The translations under genes and the position numbers were made by a program. The notes below the pieces were generated by a model. That model was given only the letters and a program-made list of their open reading frames with translations. It was not told the DNA's origin and did no database searches. This document shows, piece after piece, positions 49,186-59,070 of a stretch of DNA of 64,000 nt. This DNA is from Syntrophales bacterium (GTDB taxonomy: Bacteria; Desulfobacterota; Syntrophia; Syntrophales; UBA6807): assembly GCA_040767195.1 (NCBI GenBank), contig JAXGPA010000006.1, positions 75,084 to 139,083 of the forward strand. Reading direction: 5' to 3'. Position 1 is the stretch's first letter. The number at the start of each line of letters is the position of its first letter.

Positions 49186-50067
49186 ATGGAATCAGCGGGG
49201 TCCGGCGCCTTCTCGTACGGCTTTGCCCTCCTGGCGCTTCTTCTCCTGGGAATCCAGCGTTTTTTCTACAAGGTCGCCGCCGAGTGGGAATGCGACATTT
49301 TCCGGACCACCTTCGCCTTCATGATCACCGTCACGGGGCTCAGCGTTCTTTTTTTCCTTTTCCGGGGAACCCCCGCCGGCGGCGCGGGCTTCCTGGTGAC
49401 GGTGGGGGCCGTCAACGGCCTCGCCTTTTTCGCCGCCACGACGGCCACCATGGAGGCGCTGAAACACCTTCCCGCCGGGGTGGTCTACCCCGTCGCCCGC
49501 CTCAATGTGCTCCTCGTGATCCTCTTCGCCGTCCTTTTTCTCGGGGAGAGGCTCACCGTCCCCCAGGCCGGCGGGATCGCCCTGGCCCTTGGGGTCATCG
49601 CCCTTCTCACCCGCCGGGAGGCCGAGGACCCGGTGCGGAAACTGAAAAATCGGGCACGGGGTCTCGTTTTTCTCGGAATCGCCCTGTTCTCCGGGGCCCT
49701 GGCGGCCGTTTCGAGCAAGTACGCCGCCGCCGGGACGGACCCCTTCGCCTTCATGGCCCTTTCCTACGGTGTGGGAACGGTCCTGTCCCTGGCGTCCTCC
49801 CGGCGGCGCCTCGGGGAGCCCTTCCCCGGGCCCGCCGACCGGTCCCTTCTTCTGGGCCTCTCCATGGGCCTTTTCAATTTTTCGGGATTCTACTGCTTTC
49901 TGAAGGCCCTGGAAGAAGGCCCCCTCTCCCTGGTGGCGGCCATCACGGGGCTGCACTTCGTCATGGCCATCGGGCTTTCCGTCCTTTTTTTCCGGGAGCG
50001 GCTGTCCCCGGCCCGCCTTGCCGGGATCGCCCTGACCTTAAGCGCCGTCTTTCTCCTCCACTTCTGA
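49186..50067 (+). CDS. EamA/DMT-family transporter
   Basis: Ten hydrophobic segments in two repeats ending FLGERL/FFRERL. Confidence 0.85.
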   Translation: MESAGSGAFSYGFALLALLLLGIQRFFYKVAAEWECDIFRTTFAFMITVTGLSVLFFLFRGTPAGGAGFLVTVGAVNGLAFFAATTATMEALKHLPAGVVYPVARLNVLLVILFAVLFLGERLTVPQAGGIALALGVIALLTRREAEDPVRKLKNRARGLVFLGIALFSGALAAVSSKYAAAGTDPFAFMALSYGVGTVLSLASSRRRLGEPFPGPADRSLLLGLSMGLFNFSGFYCFLKALEEGPLSLVAAITGLHFVMAIGLSVLFFRERLSPARLAGIALTLSAVFLLHF

Positions 50068-50191
50068 CGGCTTTGTCAAAAGCGTCATATGCGGTGTCGC
50101 CCTTCATCCCTCGTCGTTGCGGCGTACGGACAGGTACGCCTCACTCCTCGGGATTCGGGCTCCTTGCCTCTAACGCTTTTGACAAAGCCGT
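50067..50191 (+). mobile_element. 125-bp MITE-like palindromic element, copy 1
   Basis: Perfect 19-bp TIR ACGGCTTTGTCAAAAGCGT/ACGCTTTTGACAAAGCCGT; internal GGCGTAC..GTACGCC hairpin. Confidence 0.75.
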
Positions 50192-50210
50192 TACGATAAC
50201 AAAAAATAAA

Positions 50211-50274
50211 GGGGGAACAGATTTAAAATCTGCAAAACAAGAGGGGACAGACTTAAATCTGTCCCCTCTTGTTT
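50211..50274. repeat. GGGGACAGA-type REP-like repeats
   Basis: AAACAAGAGGGGACAGA-cttaaa-TCTGTCCCCTCTTGTTT plus a variant at 50211; same family as 18441. Confidence 0.75.
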
Positions 50275-50380
50275 CTCTTATTGATGAACCCCGGGTTTGA
50301 TACCCCCGGCAATGTCATCATGTCATCCCTTCCGACAGCATTGCCGACGGCCCGCAGGCATCATCGGCCTTCCCGCTCCG

Positions 50381-51562
50381 TCACGAAACCTCTTTCAGGG
50401 ACTCGGCGAATCCCGGGAGGGACCGGACGATGGTGTCGTCGTGGACGCAGTAGGCGATCCGGATGTGGCCGGGCCCGCCGAAGGCGCTCCCCGGGACGGT
50501 GAGGATGTTCCGTTTCTGCAGGACCCTGACGAATTCGCCGTCGTCGGGGATGGGGGTGGGGAGAAAGAGATAAAAGGCCCCGTCCGGCTTCGTGACCCTG
50601 TATCCCGCCGCCGCGAGGCCGTCGCACAGGAGGTCCCGCTTCCTCCTGTATTCCTCCACGTCCACGCGGACCCCGTGGATTTTCGCGATGACCCGCTGCA
50701 TGAGCGCCGGGGCGTTCACGTACCCGAGAATGCGGTTGCAGAGCACGAGGCCGTCCATGACCTTGGAAAAATCCGCCATGGCGGGGTGGACGGCGAGAAA
50801 CCCGATCCGCTCCCCGGGGATGGAAAGGCTCTTGGAGTAGGAGGTGGCAATGAGGCTGTTCTCGTAGGCGGGGAAGACGCTCGGGACGGGAACCCCGCCG
50901 TAGACGATCTCCCGGTAGGGCTCGTCGGAAAGGATGTAGACGGTTTTGCCGTATTCCCTGTTTTTCCGGCGGAGCAGGTCCCCCAGGGCGGCGATGGTTT
51001 CCCCGTCGTAGATCCTCCCCGTGGGGTTGTTGGGGTAATTGAGAAGGAGGACCTTGGTCTTTTCCGTGATCGCCTCCTCCAGGGCCTCCAGGTCGAGGGA
51101 AAAGTCGTCGCCGGTCTTCACCGTCTTCGTTACGCCGCCGTGGTTGTCCACGTAAAACCGGTACTCGACGAAGTAGGGCGTGGGGATGAGTACCTCGTCC
51201 CCGGGGTCGAGAAGGGTTTTCAGGGCCACGTTCAGGGCCCCTCCGGCACCGCAGGTCATGACCACGTGGTCCGCCGCAAGCGGGGCGGAATGCTCCTTGG
51301 CGAGCACCCGGGCCACTGCCGCCCGGGTTTCCGGGAATCCGGCGTTGGGCATGTAACCATGGATGCCCTGGGCCTCCTCCTTCGCCGCTTCCACGAGATG
51401 CCGCCGGAATTCTATCGGCGGCCTGACGTTGGGATTCCCGAGGCTGAAGTCGAACACGTTTTCCGCGCCGAACTTCTTCTTCCGCTCAAGCCCCTCCTCG
51501 AACATGCGGCGGATGAGGGACGACTGGGAAACAAACCCTTCGATCTTCCTGGACATGGCCAT
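50381..51562 (-). CDS. PLP-dependent class I/II aminotransferase
   Basis: FSLGNP, NYPNNPTG, SDEPY, SYSKSLSIPGERIG. Confidence 0.92.
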   Translation of the reverse strand: MAMSRKIEGFVSQSSLIRRMFEEGLERKKKFGAENVFDFSLGNPNVRPPIEFRRHLVEAAKEEAQGIHGYMPNAGFPETRAAVARVLAKEHSAPLAADHVVMTCGAGGALNVALKTLLDPGDEVLIPTPYFVEYRFYVDNHGGVTKTVKTGDDFSLDLEALEEAITEKTKVLLLNYPNNPTGRIYDGETIAALGDLLRRKNREYGKTVYILSDEPYREIVYGGVPVPSVFPAYENSLIATSYSKSLSIPGERIGFLAVHPAMADFSKVMDGLVLCNRILGYVNAPALMQRVIAKIHGVRVDVEEYRRKRDLLCDGLAAAGYRVTKPDGAFYLFLPTPIPDDGEFVRVLQKRNILTVPGSAFGGPGHIRIAYCVHDDTIVRSLPGFAESLKEVS

Positions 51563-51643
51563 GGTGTTCTTCTCCTTGCGGCATGATTTATGGATCCATT
51601 CTCCGGACGGTCAAAGCTCCGGCCGAAACACGACTGTTTTCAA

Positions 51644-51769
51644 GCGTCTCCGCAAAAGGTCACGGAGGCGGGACGCCCGGATCCCGGGGAACGAGGCGTA
51701 CCTGGCGGTGCGGTGCCGTGACGGGGGATGCAGGGTAACGCCGCACGCGGGGCTTCTTACGGGGCCGTC
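51644..51769 (-). mobile_element. Degenerate copy 2 of the 125-bp element
   Basis: Reverse complement is colinear with 50067-50191 (GACGGC...CATCCC.CGTC...CAGGTACGCCTC...CGGGAT.CGGGC...CTTTTG). Confidence 0.65.
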
Positions 51770-52518
51770 AGCTCCACGTCCCCCCAAGCCCCAAGCCTGT
51801 CCCCGAAGATCACCACGATTCCCCTGATGCCGGGAATGGCGCCGCCCCACTCGAGGGCCGCCGGGATGTCCGCCTTTCTCCCGATCCGGTTGCACACCGC
51901 CGTGGCGGCCGCGTCGGCCAGGGCCGCCGACGGGGCGACGACGCACACGGCGTCGGCCTTCCCGAAGCTGATGGAATGGCCGATGGTTCCCGAGGACGTG
52001 CAGATCCCCGCGGGGGTGTCTTCCGCCCGGATCTTCAGGGCCACCCGCTCGCTCAGCGGGGACGAGGGCCCGGCGTAAAGCCCCACGACGGTGTCCCCCT
52101 TGTCGATGCGTAGAAAGATGTCTCCGCCGTTTTCCACGATCACGTTCCGGGACTCCCGAAGCAGGTCCCCGCCCACGAAGGCGGCGATGGCCCCTGCCAC
52201 GGCAGCCATGGGGCCGACGCCGGCCAGGGCGGCGGCCCGGATCATTTCGCGAACGACGGCCGGGGCCAGTTCATCCGGTGAAACGGGCTCCAGGGACGTC
52301 AGGAACTCAGGCCTGCCCGCCATGTAGCCCTCGATGAGGCCCCGGCAGCGCAAAACGGACGCGAGGGCCCCGTCCCCCACTTCCCGGTCCGCCCGCACCA
52401 GGAGATCCGTTTCTTTCACCCGCACCGGGAAAGAGACCAGGTCGCCCCGGAAGACCCGGTTCCGGTAGGTCCGCTCCCGGAAGGCCTCCCCCTCACGAGA
52501 ACCGCGTCGATCCCGCAC
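51757..52518 (-). CDS. UPF0280/ApbE-like protein
   Basis: KETDL, VGPMAAVAGAIA, VENGGDI, CTSSGTIGHSISFGKADA, ADAAAT. Confidence 0.88.
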   Translation of the reverse strand: MRDRRGSREGEAFRERTYRNRVFRGDLVSFPVRVKETDLLVRADREVGDGALASVLRCRGLIEGYMAGRPEFLTSLEPVSPDELAPAVVREMIRAAALAGVGPMAAVAGAIAAFVGGDLLRESRNVIVENGGDIFLRIDKGDTVVGLYAGPSSPLSERVALKIRAEDTPAGICTSSGTIGHSISFGKADAVCVVAPSAALADAAATAVCNRIGRKADIPAALEWGGAIPGIRGIVVIFGDRLGAWGDVELTAP

Positions 52519-55500
52519 CGAAGAGTTCCTCCCCTTCCTGGCGGATTTCCTCGCAGATCCGCACGGCGAAACGCTCCCCCAGGGAAAGGACCGTCTCCGA
52601 GCGGCCCGGGTACACCAGGTGGAGATAGGCCCTGTGCTTTCCCGGGTACCGCCGGCAGATCGACTTGAGATCGGAGATCCTGTCCTCTTCCAGGACCGTC
52701 ATGTCCACGGTGAAGTGGACCGACGAGTAAGACTTCCCGATGGCCTCCTCCAGGGGGACGATGTCCGTTCCCTTGACCTTCACGCTTTCTTCCGAGGCGT
52801 CGACGGTCCCCGTGATGAGGAGCGGCTCGTCGCCCTGGATGAGGTCGACCACCTTCCGGAAAAGATCGGGAAAGACGATGACGGTGAAGTTCCCTTTCCG
52901 GTCCTCGAAGGTCACGTTGGCCATGGCCTCCCTTTTTTTCGTGGACATCTTCTTGATGTGGCTCACGATCCCGGCGAGGTTCACCGTCGCCCCGTCGCTC
53001 CGCCCGGGGAGCCCCTGGGAATCGCAGTCCACCACGAGCCGGAAGCGTTCCCCCAGCCGGTCCAGGGGATGGCCCGTCACGTAGAACCCGAGCATCTCCT
53101 TTTCGAAGAGCAGGTGGGTCCGGGAATCCCAGGGCGGGACGTCGGGCAGGTCCGGGGCGGGCTCCATGGGTTCCGTCACCGTGTCGAAGAGGCTGATCTG
53201 GCGGCTCGCCCTGTCCCGGGACCGCCGCTGGACCGCCTCGATCATCCGGTCGCACCCCTCCAGGAGCCTTGCCCGGTTCTTTTCCAGGCTGTCGAAGGCG
53301 CCGCACTTGACGAGGCTTTCCATGACCTTCCGGTTGACCCGGCGGAAATCCACGCGGGTGAGGAAATCGTAAAAGGACGTGAAAGGCCCCTCCGCCCGGG
53401 CGTCCAGGATGGCCCCAACGGCCCCCTCGCCGACGTTTTTCACCGCCGAGAGGCCGAAGCGGATGCGGTCTCCGTGAACGGAAAAATCCCGGTCCGACTC
53501 GTTGATGCCCGGGGGGAGCACCTCGATGCCCATCTCCCGGCACGAGGCGATGTACTTGATGATGTTGTCCCGGTTGTTCTTCTCGCTCGTGAGAAGGGCG
53601 GCCATGAATTCCACGGGGAAATGGGCTTTCAGGTAGGCCGTCTGGTAGGAGATGACGGCGTAGGCCGTGCTGTGGGACTTGTTGAAGCCGTATCCGGCGA
53701 AGGTTTCCATCTGTCCCCAGATGCGCTTCGCCGTTTCCGGCGGTATGCCCTTCTGTTTCGCCCCTTCCACGAAGTGGGGCTGTTCCTTCTCCATCTCCTC
53801 GGGCTTCTTCTTGCTCATGAGGCGGCGCAGCGTGTCCGCCTCGGCGAGGGAATAGCCGCCCAGGAGGCTCGCGATCTGCATGACCTGTTCCTGGTAGAGA
53901 ATGACCCCGTAGGTTTCCTTCAGGATGCTCTCCAGGGCCGGGTGGTCGTAGGCGATCTCCTTTTTCCCCTGCTTCCGGGCGATGAAATCGGGGACCATGG
54001 CCATGGGCCCCGGCCGGTAGAGGGAGATGAGGGCGATGACGTCCTCCAGGGTGTCGGGCTTCATGTTCACCAGGATGTCCTTCATGCCCGCGCTTTCCAG
54101 CTGGAAAACCCCGTCGGTCTGTCCCCGGCAGAGGAGCTGGAAGGTTTTTTCGTCCCTCAGGGGGAGGTTTTCCATGTCGATTTCAAGCTTCTGCCCTTCC
54201 CGGACGAAGTCCAGGGTCTTCCGGATGAGGGTGAGGGTCTTGAGGCCCAGGAAATCGAACTTGGTGAGCCCGACGCTCTGGAGGTCGTTCATGGAATACT
54301 GGGTCATCACATCGCCGTTGGACGTCCGGCAGAGGGGGACCCGCTCCTCCAGCTTCCGGTCCGAGATAACCACCCCGGCGGCGTGGGTGGACGCGTGGCG
54401 GGTCAGCCCCTCCAGGGTGAGGGAGAGGTCGAGGAGCTTTTTCACGCGGTCGTCCTTGTCTCTTTCCTCCCGGAGGCGGGCCTCCGCCTCGATGGCGTCC
54501 TTCAGCTTGATGTTCAGCGTCGCGGGAATCATCTTGGCGATCCGGTCCACCTCGCCGTAGGACATGTTGAGGGCCCGCCCCACGTCCCGGACTACCGCCC
54601 GGGCCTGCATCTTGCCGAAGGTGATGATCTGGGCCACCCGGTCCTTGCCGTATTTCTCCTGGACGTAGTGTATGACCCTGTCCCGGCCCTCCATGCAGAA
54701 ATCGATGTCGATGTCGGGCATGCTCTTCCGGCTCGGGTTCAGGAAACGCTCGAAGAAAAGGGCGTAGCGGATGGGGTCGATGTTGGTGATGCCCAGGGCG
54801 TAGGCGACGAGGCTTCCGGCGGCGGAGCCCCGGCCGGGCCCCACGGGGATCCCCTGGTCCTTGGCGTGGTTCACGAAATCGGCGACGATGAGGAAGTACC
54901 CGGGAAACCCCATGGCCCGGATGATTTCCAGCTCCGATTCGAGTCTCTTCTCGTAGCCGGCCCGTATTTCCGGCCCTTTTTCCTGGACGAGGGGCTCCAG
55001 GATCCGCTCGAGGCCCTCCCGGGCGAGGCGGGCCAGGTGGTCGTCGGCGGTAAGTCCCTGTTCCAACTCGAAACGGGGCAGATAAATCTCATCGAATTTG
55101 AAGGAGAAGCTGCACTTCTCGGCGATCCGCACCGTGTTTTCCACGGCTTCCGGGCAGGCACGGAACTGGTCTGCCATTTCTTCGGGGGACTTGAAGTAGA
55201 ACTCCGTCGTCTCGAAGCGCATCCGGCCGGGGTCGTCGATGGTCTTGCCCGTCTGGATGCACAGGAGGATCTCGTGGGCTTCCGCGTCTTCCCGGCGCAG
55301 GTAGTGGCAGTCGTTGGTTGCCACGAGGGGGATGGACAGGTCCCGGCCCAGGTCGATGAGGGCCGCGTTCACCGCCTTCTGCTCCGGCAGGCCGTTTTCC
55401 ATGAGCTCCAGGTAGAAGTTGTCCGGGCCGAAGAGGTCGCGGTACGCCAGGGCGGCACGGCGGGCCCCCTCTTCGTCGCCCCTTCGAAGACGCCAGGGAA

Positions 55501-55936
55501 TCTCCCCCTGGAGGCAGGCGCTCAGGGCGATGAGCCCCCCCGCGTGCCGGCGCAGGAGATCCCTGTCCACCCGGGGCCGGTAATAGAAGCCCTCCAGGAA
55601 GGCCATCGACGTCAGCTTCACGAGGTTTCGGTAGCCTTCGGCGTTTTTCACGAGGACGGTGAGATGGTGGGCCGTTTCCTCGGTCCTCGGCGACTCCTTG
55701 TCGAAGCGGCTCGCCGGGGCCACGTAGAGTTCACAGCCGATGATGGGCTTGATCCCGTACCGGTAGGCTTTCTGGTAGAACTCGACGGCCCCGTATATGT
55801 TCCCGTGGTCCGTCATGGCCACGGCGGGCATCCGGTATTCCCGGGCGGCCTGGAACAGCTCGTCCAGGCGGATGGCGCCGTCGAGCAGGCTGTACTGGCT
55901 GTGCAGGTGAAGGTGGACGAAGGGCGCGTGCTTCAT
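52493..55936 (-). CDS. dnaE: DNA polymerase III alpha subunit
   Basis: HLHLHSQYSLLDG, GPGRGSAAGS, MPDIDIDF, KFDFLGLKTL, FAGYGFNKSHS. Confidence 0.97.
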   Translation of the reverse strand: MKHAPFVHLHLHSQYSLLDGAIRLDELFQAAREYRMPAVAMTDHGNIYGAVEFYQKAYRYGIKPIIGCELYVAPASRFDKESPRTEETAHHLTVLVKNAEGYRNLVKLTSMAFLEGFYYRPRVDRDLLRRHAGGLIALSACLQGEIPWRLRRGDEEGARRAALAYRDLFGPDNFYLELMENGLPEQKAVNAALIDLGRDLSIPLVATNDCHYLRREDAEAHEILLCIQTGKTIDDPGRMRFETTEFYFKSPEEMADQFRACPEAVENTVRIAEKCSFSFKFDEIYLPRFELEQGLTADDHLARLAREGLERILEPLVQEKGPEIRAGYEKRLESELEIIRAMGFPGYFLIVADFVNHAKDQGIPVGPGRGSAAGSLVAYALGITNIDPIRYALFFERFLNPSRKSMPDIDIDFCMEGRDRVIHYVQEKYGKDRVAQIITFGKMQARAVVRDVGRALNMSYGEVDRIAKMIPATLNIKLKDAIEAEARLREERDKDDRVKKLLDLSLTLEGLTRHASTHAAGVVISDRKLEERVPLCRTSNGDVMTQYSMNDLQSVGLTKFDFLGLKTLTLIRKTLDFVREGQKLEIDMENLPLRDEKTFQLLCRGQTDGVFQLESAGMKDILVNMKPDTLEDVIALISLYRPGPMAMVPDFIARKQGKKEIAYDHPALESILKETYGVILYQEQVMQIASLLGGYSLAEADTLRRLMSKKKPEEMEKEQPHFVEGAKQKGIPPETAKRIWGQMETFAGYGFNKSHSTAYAVISYQTAYLKAHFPVEFMAALLTSEKNNRDNIIKYIASCREMGIEVLPPGINESDRDFSVHGDRIRFGLSAVKNVGEGAVGAILDARAEGPFTSFYDFLTRVDFRRVNRKVMESLVKCGAFDSLEKNRARLLEGCDRMIEAVQRRSRDRASRQISLFDTVTEPMEPAPDLPDVPPWDSRTHLLFEKEMLGFYVTGHPLDRLGERFRLVVDCDSQGLPGRSDGATVNLAGIVSHIKKMSTKKREAMANVTFEDRKGNFTVIVFPDLFRKVVDLIQGDEPLLITGTVDASEESVKVKGTDIVPLEEAIGKSYSSVHFTVDMTVLEEDRISDLKSICRRYPGKHRAYLHLVYPGRSETVLSLGERFAVRICEEIRQEGEELFGAGSTRFS

Positions 55937-55942
55937 GGCCTT

Positions 55943-57403
55943 TTAATCGAGCCAGTAGTTGGGGGCCTCCTTGGTGATGATCACGTCGTGGACGTGGCTC
56001 TCCCGGAGGCCGGCGGCGGTGATGCGTATGAACCGGGCCTTTTTCCTCAGGTCCTCGATGGTCCGGCTTCCCGTGTATCCCATGCCCGCCTTGAGGCCGC
56101 CCACGAGCTGGTAGACGCTCGCCGAGAGGTTCCCCCGGAAGGGGACCCGGCCCTCGATGCCTTCGGGAACGAGTTTCAGGGGGCCTTCCATCTCGTCCTG
56201 GAAATAGCGGTCCCGGCTGCCCTGCTTCATGGCCTCCAGGGACCCCATGCCGCGGTAGACCTTGTAGCTCCGCCCCTGGAAGAAGATCGTCTCTCCCGGG
56301 CTTTCCTCCGTCCCGGCGAAAAGCCCGCCCACCATGACGCAGTGGGCGCCCGCGCCGATGGCCTTGACGATGTCGCCGGAATACTTGATCCCGCCGTCGG
56401 CGACGACAGGGATGTCGTATTTCGAGGCGACCCGGACGCAGTCCCGGATGGCCGACATCTGGGGAACCCCGACGCCGGCGATGATCCGGGTGGTGCAGAT
56501 GGACCCAGGCCCGACGCCGACCTTGATGGCGTCCACCCCCGCCCGGATGAGGGCCTCGGCGCCCTCCTCCGTGGCCACGTTGCCGGCAATGAGCTCGCAC
56601 CGGGGAAAGTTGGCCTTGGTGTCCCGGATGGCGTCGATGACGTTGGCCGAGTGGCCGTGGGAGGTGTCGATGACGATGACGTCCGCCCCCGCCGCGAGAA
56701 GGGCCGCCACCCGCTCCTCCCGGTCCTGGATTCCCACGGCGGCGCCGACCCGGAGCCTGCCCAGGCCGTCCTTGCAGGCCCGGGGGTACTTGCGGATCTT
56801 CTCGATGTCCTTGATGGTGATGAGGCCTTTCAGGTTGTAATCGTCGTCCACGACAAGAAGCTTCTCGATCCGGTGCCTGTGAAGCAGTGTCTTTGATTCG
56901 TCCAGGCTGATGTCCGCCGAGACGGTGACGAGGTTGTCCTTGGTCATCACGTTTCCCACCGGCTGATCGACATTCGTCTCGAACCGGAGATCCCGGTTGG
57001 TGAGTATCCCCACGAGCTTCCTGTTCTTGACCACGGGAACGCCGGAAATCCGGTATTTGCTCATCAGGTCCAGGGCCTCCCGGACCATCTGCTCCGGGTT
57101 GACCGTGATGGGGTCGACGATCATCCCGCTTTCCGATTTCTTCACCTTGTCCACTTCCAGGGCCTGGTTCCCGATGCTCATGTTCCGGTGAATGATCCCC
57201 ATGCCCCCTTCCTGGGCCATGCAGATGGCCGTCCGCGACTCCGTCACCGTGTCCATGGCGGCGCTGATGAGGGGGATGTTGATGGGAATGTTCCGGGTCA
57301 GGACGGTGGATGTTTCCACGTCCTTGGGCATGATCTTCGATTCCGAGGGCATTACGAGAAGGTCGTCAAAGGTGAAACCTTCGTTCACATGGTCGTCCAG
57401 CAT
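55943..57403 (-). CDS. guaB: IMP dehydrogenase
   Basis: [12 protein letters not shown] pair, [24 protein letters not shown]. Confidence 0.97.
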   Translation of the reverse strand: MLDDHVNEGFTFDDLLVMPSESKIMPKDVETSTVLTRNIPINIPLISAAMDTVTESRTAICMAQEGGMGIIHRNMSIGNQALEVDKVKKSESGMIVDPITVNPEQMVREALDLMSKYRISGVPVVKNRKLVGILTNRDLRFETNVDQPVGNVMTKDNLVTVSADISLDESKTLLHRHRIEKLLVVDDDYNLKGLITIKDIEKIRKYPRACKDGLGRLRVGAAVGIQDREERVAALLAAGADVIVIDTSHGHSANVIDAIRDTKANFPRCELIAGNVATEEGAEALIRAGVDAIKVGVGPGSICTTRIIAGVGVPQMSAIRDCVRVASKYDIPVVADGGIKYSGDIVKAIGAGAHCVMVGGLFAGTEESPGETIFFQGRSYKVYRGMGSLEAMKQGSRDRYFQDEMEGPLKLVPEGIEGRVPFRGNLSASVYQLVGGLKAGMGYTGSRTIEDLRKKARFIRITAAGLRESHVHDVIITKEAPNYWLD

Positions 57404-57439
57404 GAAATACCTCCATTGAGAAAAAAACCGGTGCCGTCT

Positions 57440-57925
57440 TTACGGCAGATAATGGGACTTTCCGTTCAGGGAAATGAAGTAGGCGTCCCTGTCTTCGTCG
57501 TATTCGATCCACTGGGCAATCTGGTAGTAGGCGGGCCTTGAAAACCGGGCGGGGAAACGGCCCTCCCTGACGGTGCAGTAAAGGACGTTTTCGTCCCCCG
57601 TCCGTAGACTCGAAGGGTCCAGGGGCTCGCACTTCTTCGTGTTCAGGAGAACCTCCAGGGACTCGTTCCCCTCGTCCCGGGAGCCGTTCCGGTAAACGGC
57701 GCGCACCACGTAGGGCGTGTCGTCCACCTCGATGAAGCAGCGGTCCCTTTCCAGCGATATGACGTACTTCCCGAGGTCCTCGTCGAAAAGGAGGTGCTCG
57801 TAGAAGAGGTCGACAATTTCCCGGCGGAACATCTCCGCCCCCTTGTAATACCACACCCCTTCCTTGTCCACCCGGATGTGGCAGGGGGGAACGGCGGTCT
57901 CGCAGGGGTCTTTTTCTTCCGTCAT
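57440..57925 (-). CDS. DUF1285-family protein
   Basis: [30 protein letters not shown]. Confidence 0.78.
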   Translation of the reverse strand: MTEEKDPCETAVPPCHIRVDKEGVWYYKGAEMFRREIVDLFYEHLLFDEDLGKYVISLERDRCFIEVDDTPYVVRAVYRNGSRDEGNESLEVLLNTKKCEPLDPSSLRTGDENVLYCTVREGRFPARFSRPAYYQIAQWIEYDEDRDAYFISLNGKSHYLP

Positions 57926-58380
57926 GAACGGCCGCCTTTCTTTTCGCTTTCGAGAAGGATGGTCACGGGACCGTCGTTGGTGAGGGCCACCTTCATCATC
58001 GCCTGGAACCTCCCCGTTGACACCCGCCGGACCCGTCGGGCCGCCTCCGCGGCGAAATACTCGTAAAGGTGCCGGGCCTTCTCCGGTTCGGCGGCATCGA
58101 TGAAGGACGGGCGCCTTCCCTTCCGGCAGTCCGCCAGGAGGGTGAACTGGGAAATCACCAGGAGTTCCCCGGCCACGTCGAGGAGGGACAGGTTCATCTT
58201 CCCTTCGCCGTCCTCGAAGATCCGAAGGTTCACGATCTTGTCGAGAAGGTAGTCGGCGTCTTTCTCCCCGTCTTCCCGGGCGACTCCGAGAAGGACGAGA
58301 AGCCCTTTCCCGATGGCGCCGATCTCGTCCCCGTCCACGGAAACGCTGGATTTTTCGACCCTCTGAATGACCGCCCGCAT
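57922..58380 (-). CDS. dtd: D-aminoacyl-tRNA deacylase
   Basis: [26 protein letters not shown]. Confidence 0.96.
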   Translation of the reverse strand: MRAVIQRVEKSSVSVDGDEIGAIGKGLLVLLGVAREDGEKDADYLLDKIVNLRIFEDGEGKMNLSLLDVAGELLVISQFTLLADCRKGRRPSFIDAAEPEKARHLYEYFAAEAARRVRRVSTGRFQAMMKVALTNDGPVTILLESEKKGGRS

Positions 58381-58482
58381 GGCCTTCCTCTCGTCATCGC
58401 TTCGATGGCGGCATGTTACCTCTTCTTGTCTTTCCCTTCAAGCCGTTTCGCGCCGAGCCAGGGGGATCGGGCCGCGAACGCC

Positions 58483-58806
58483 TCAGGCCAGGATGTTCTG
58501 GATCTTCATGGCCGCGGCGGCGTCCCCGCCGATCTTCAGCTTTCCCTTCATGAAAAGTTTCACGGGGTTCACCGTTTTCGAGGCCATGCCGACAAAATCT
58601 TCGGCGTCCATGGTGATGACGCAGGTCGCCTCCTTCTTCTCGCCCTTTCCCACCGCGCCGGGCTTGTTGAGGAGATCCACCCACCACCGGCCGCCCCCGT
58701 CACCGGTGATATCGAACTGGAAGACCGCTTTCACCTTGTCCACCAGGTCGGGGTTTGCTTCTATCTTCTTCTGAATTTTTTCCATCACCGCTTCCGCATT
58801 CGTCAT
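58483..58806 (-). CDS. SCP2 sterol/lipid-binding domain protein
   Basis: FQFDITGDGGG.W, NPVKLFMKGKLKIGGD. Confidence 0.88.
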   Translation of the reverse strand: MTNAEAVMEKIQKKIEANPDLVDKVKAVFQFDITGDGGGRWWVDLLNKPGAVGKGEKKEATCVITMDAEDFVGMASKTVNPVKLFMKGKLKIGGDAAAAMKIQNILA

Positions 58807-58930
58807 GGTTCTTGTCTTCCTTTCCCGCGTATCGTCTTTCTGTGCCGTGTCTGGCATCGTGGCCGGGTCCCCGAGGGGTCCGTCCGATGTGTCTCCCGTA
58901 ATCGCAAATTGAAAAATTCAAGAACGCAAC

Positions 58931-59070
58931 AGAGGGACGTCCTTAAATATTTCAATATTGAAATATTTAAGGACGTCCCTCTATTGATTGAAAATTCCGT
59001 TACGACATTGCAACATTCTCGTATCACTGCATATATATCGCAAATTGAATTATTTAAGAACGTCCCCCTT
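58931..59070. repeat. GGGACGTCCTTAAATA-type repeats incl. a perfect 52-bp palindrome
   Basis: 58931-58982 is a perfect spacer-less palindrome; a third copy at 59050-59070 encodes KGDVLK-stop. Confidence 0.8.

Noticed and set aside
52493..55936. Intein in dnaE
   Set aside because: Length (1147 aa) and motif spacing are normal
52619..56896. Very long antisense ORFs (1425 aa here; also 58069-61059, 18811-21381, 38946-40727, 62488-63957)
   Set aside because: Shadow frames opposite well-conserved genes in high-GC DNA; no recognisable motifs
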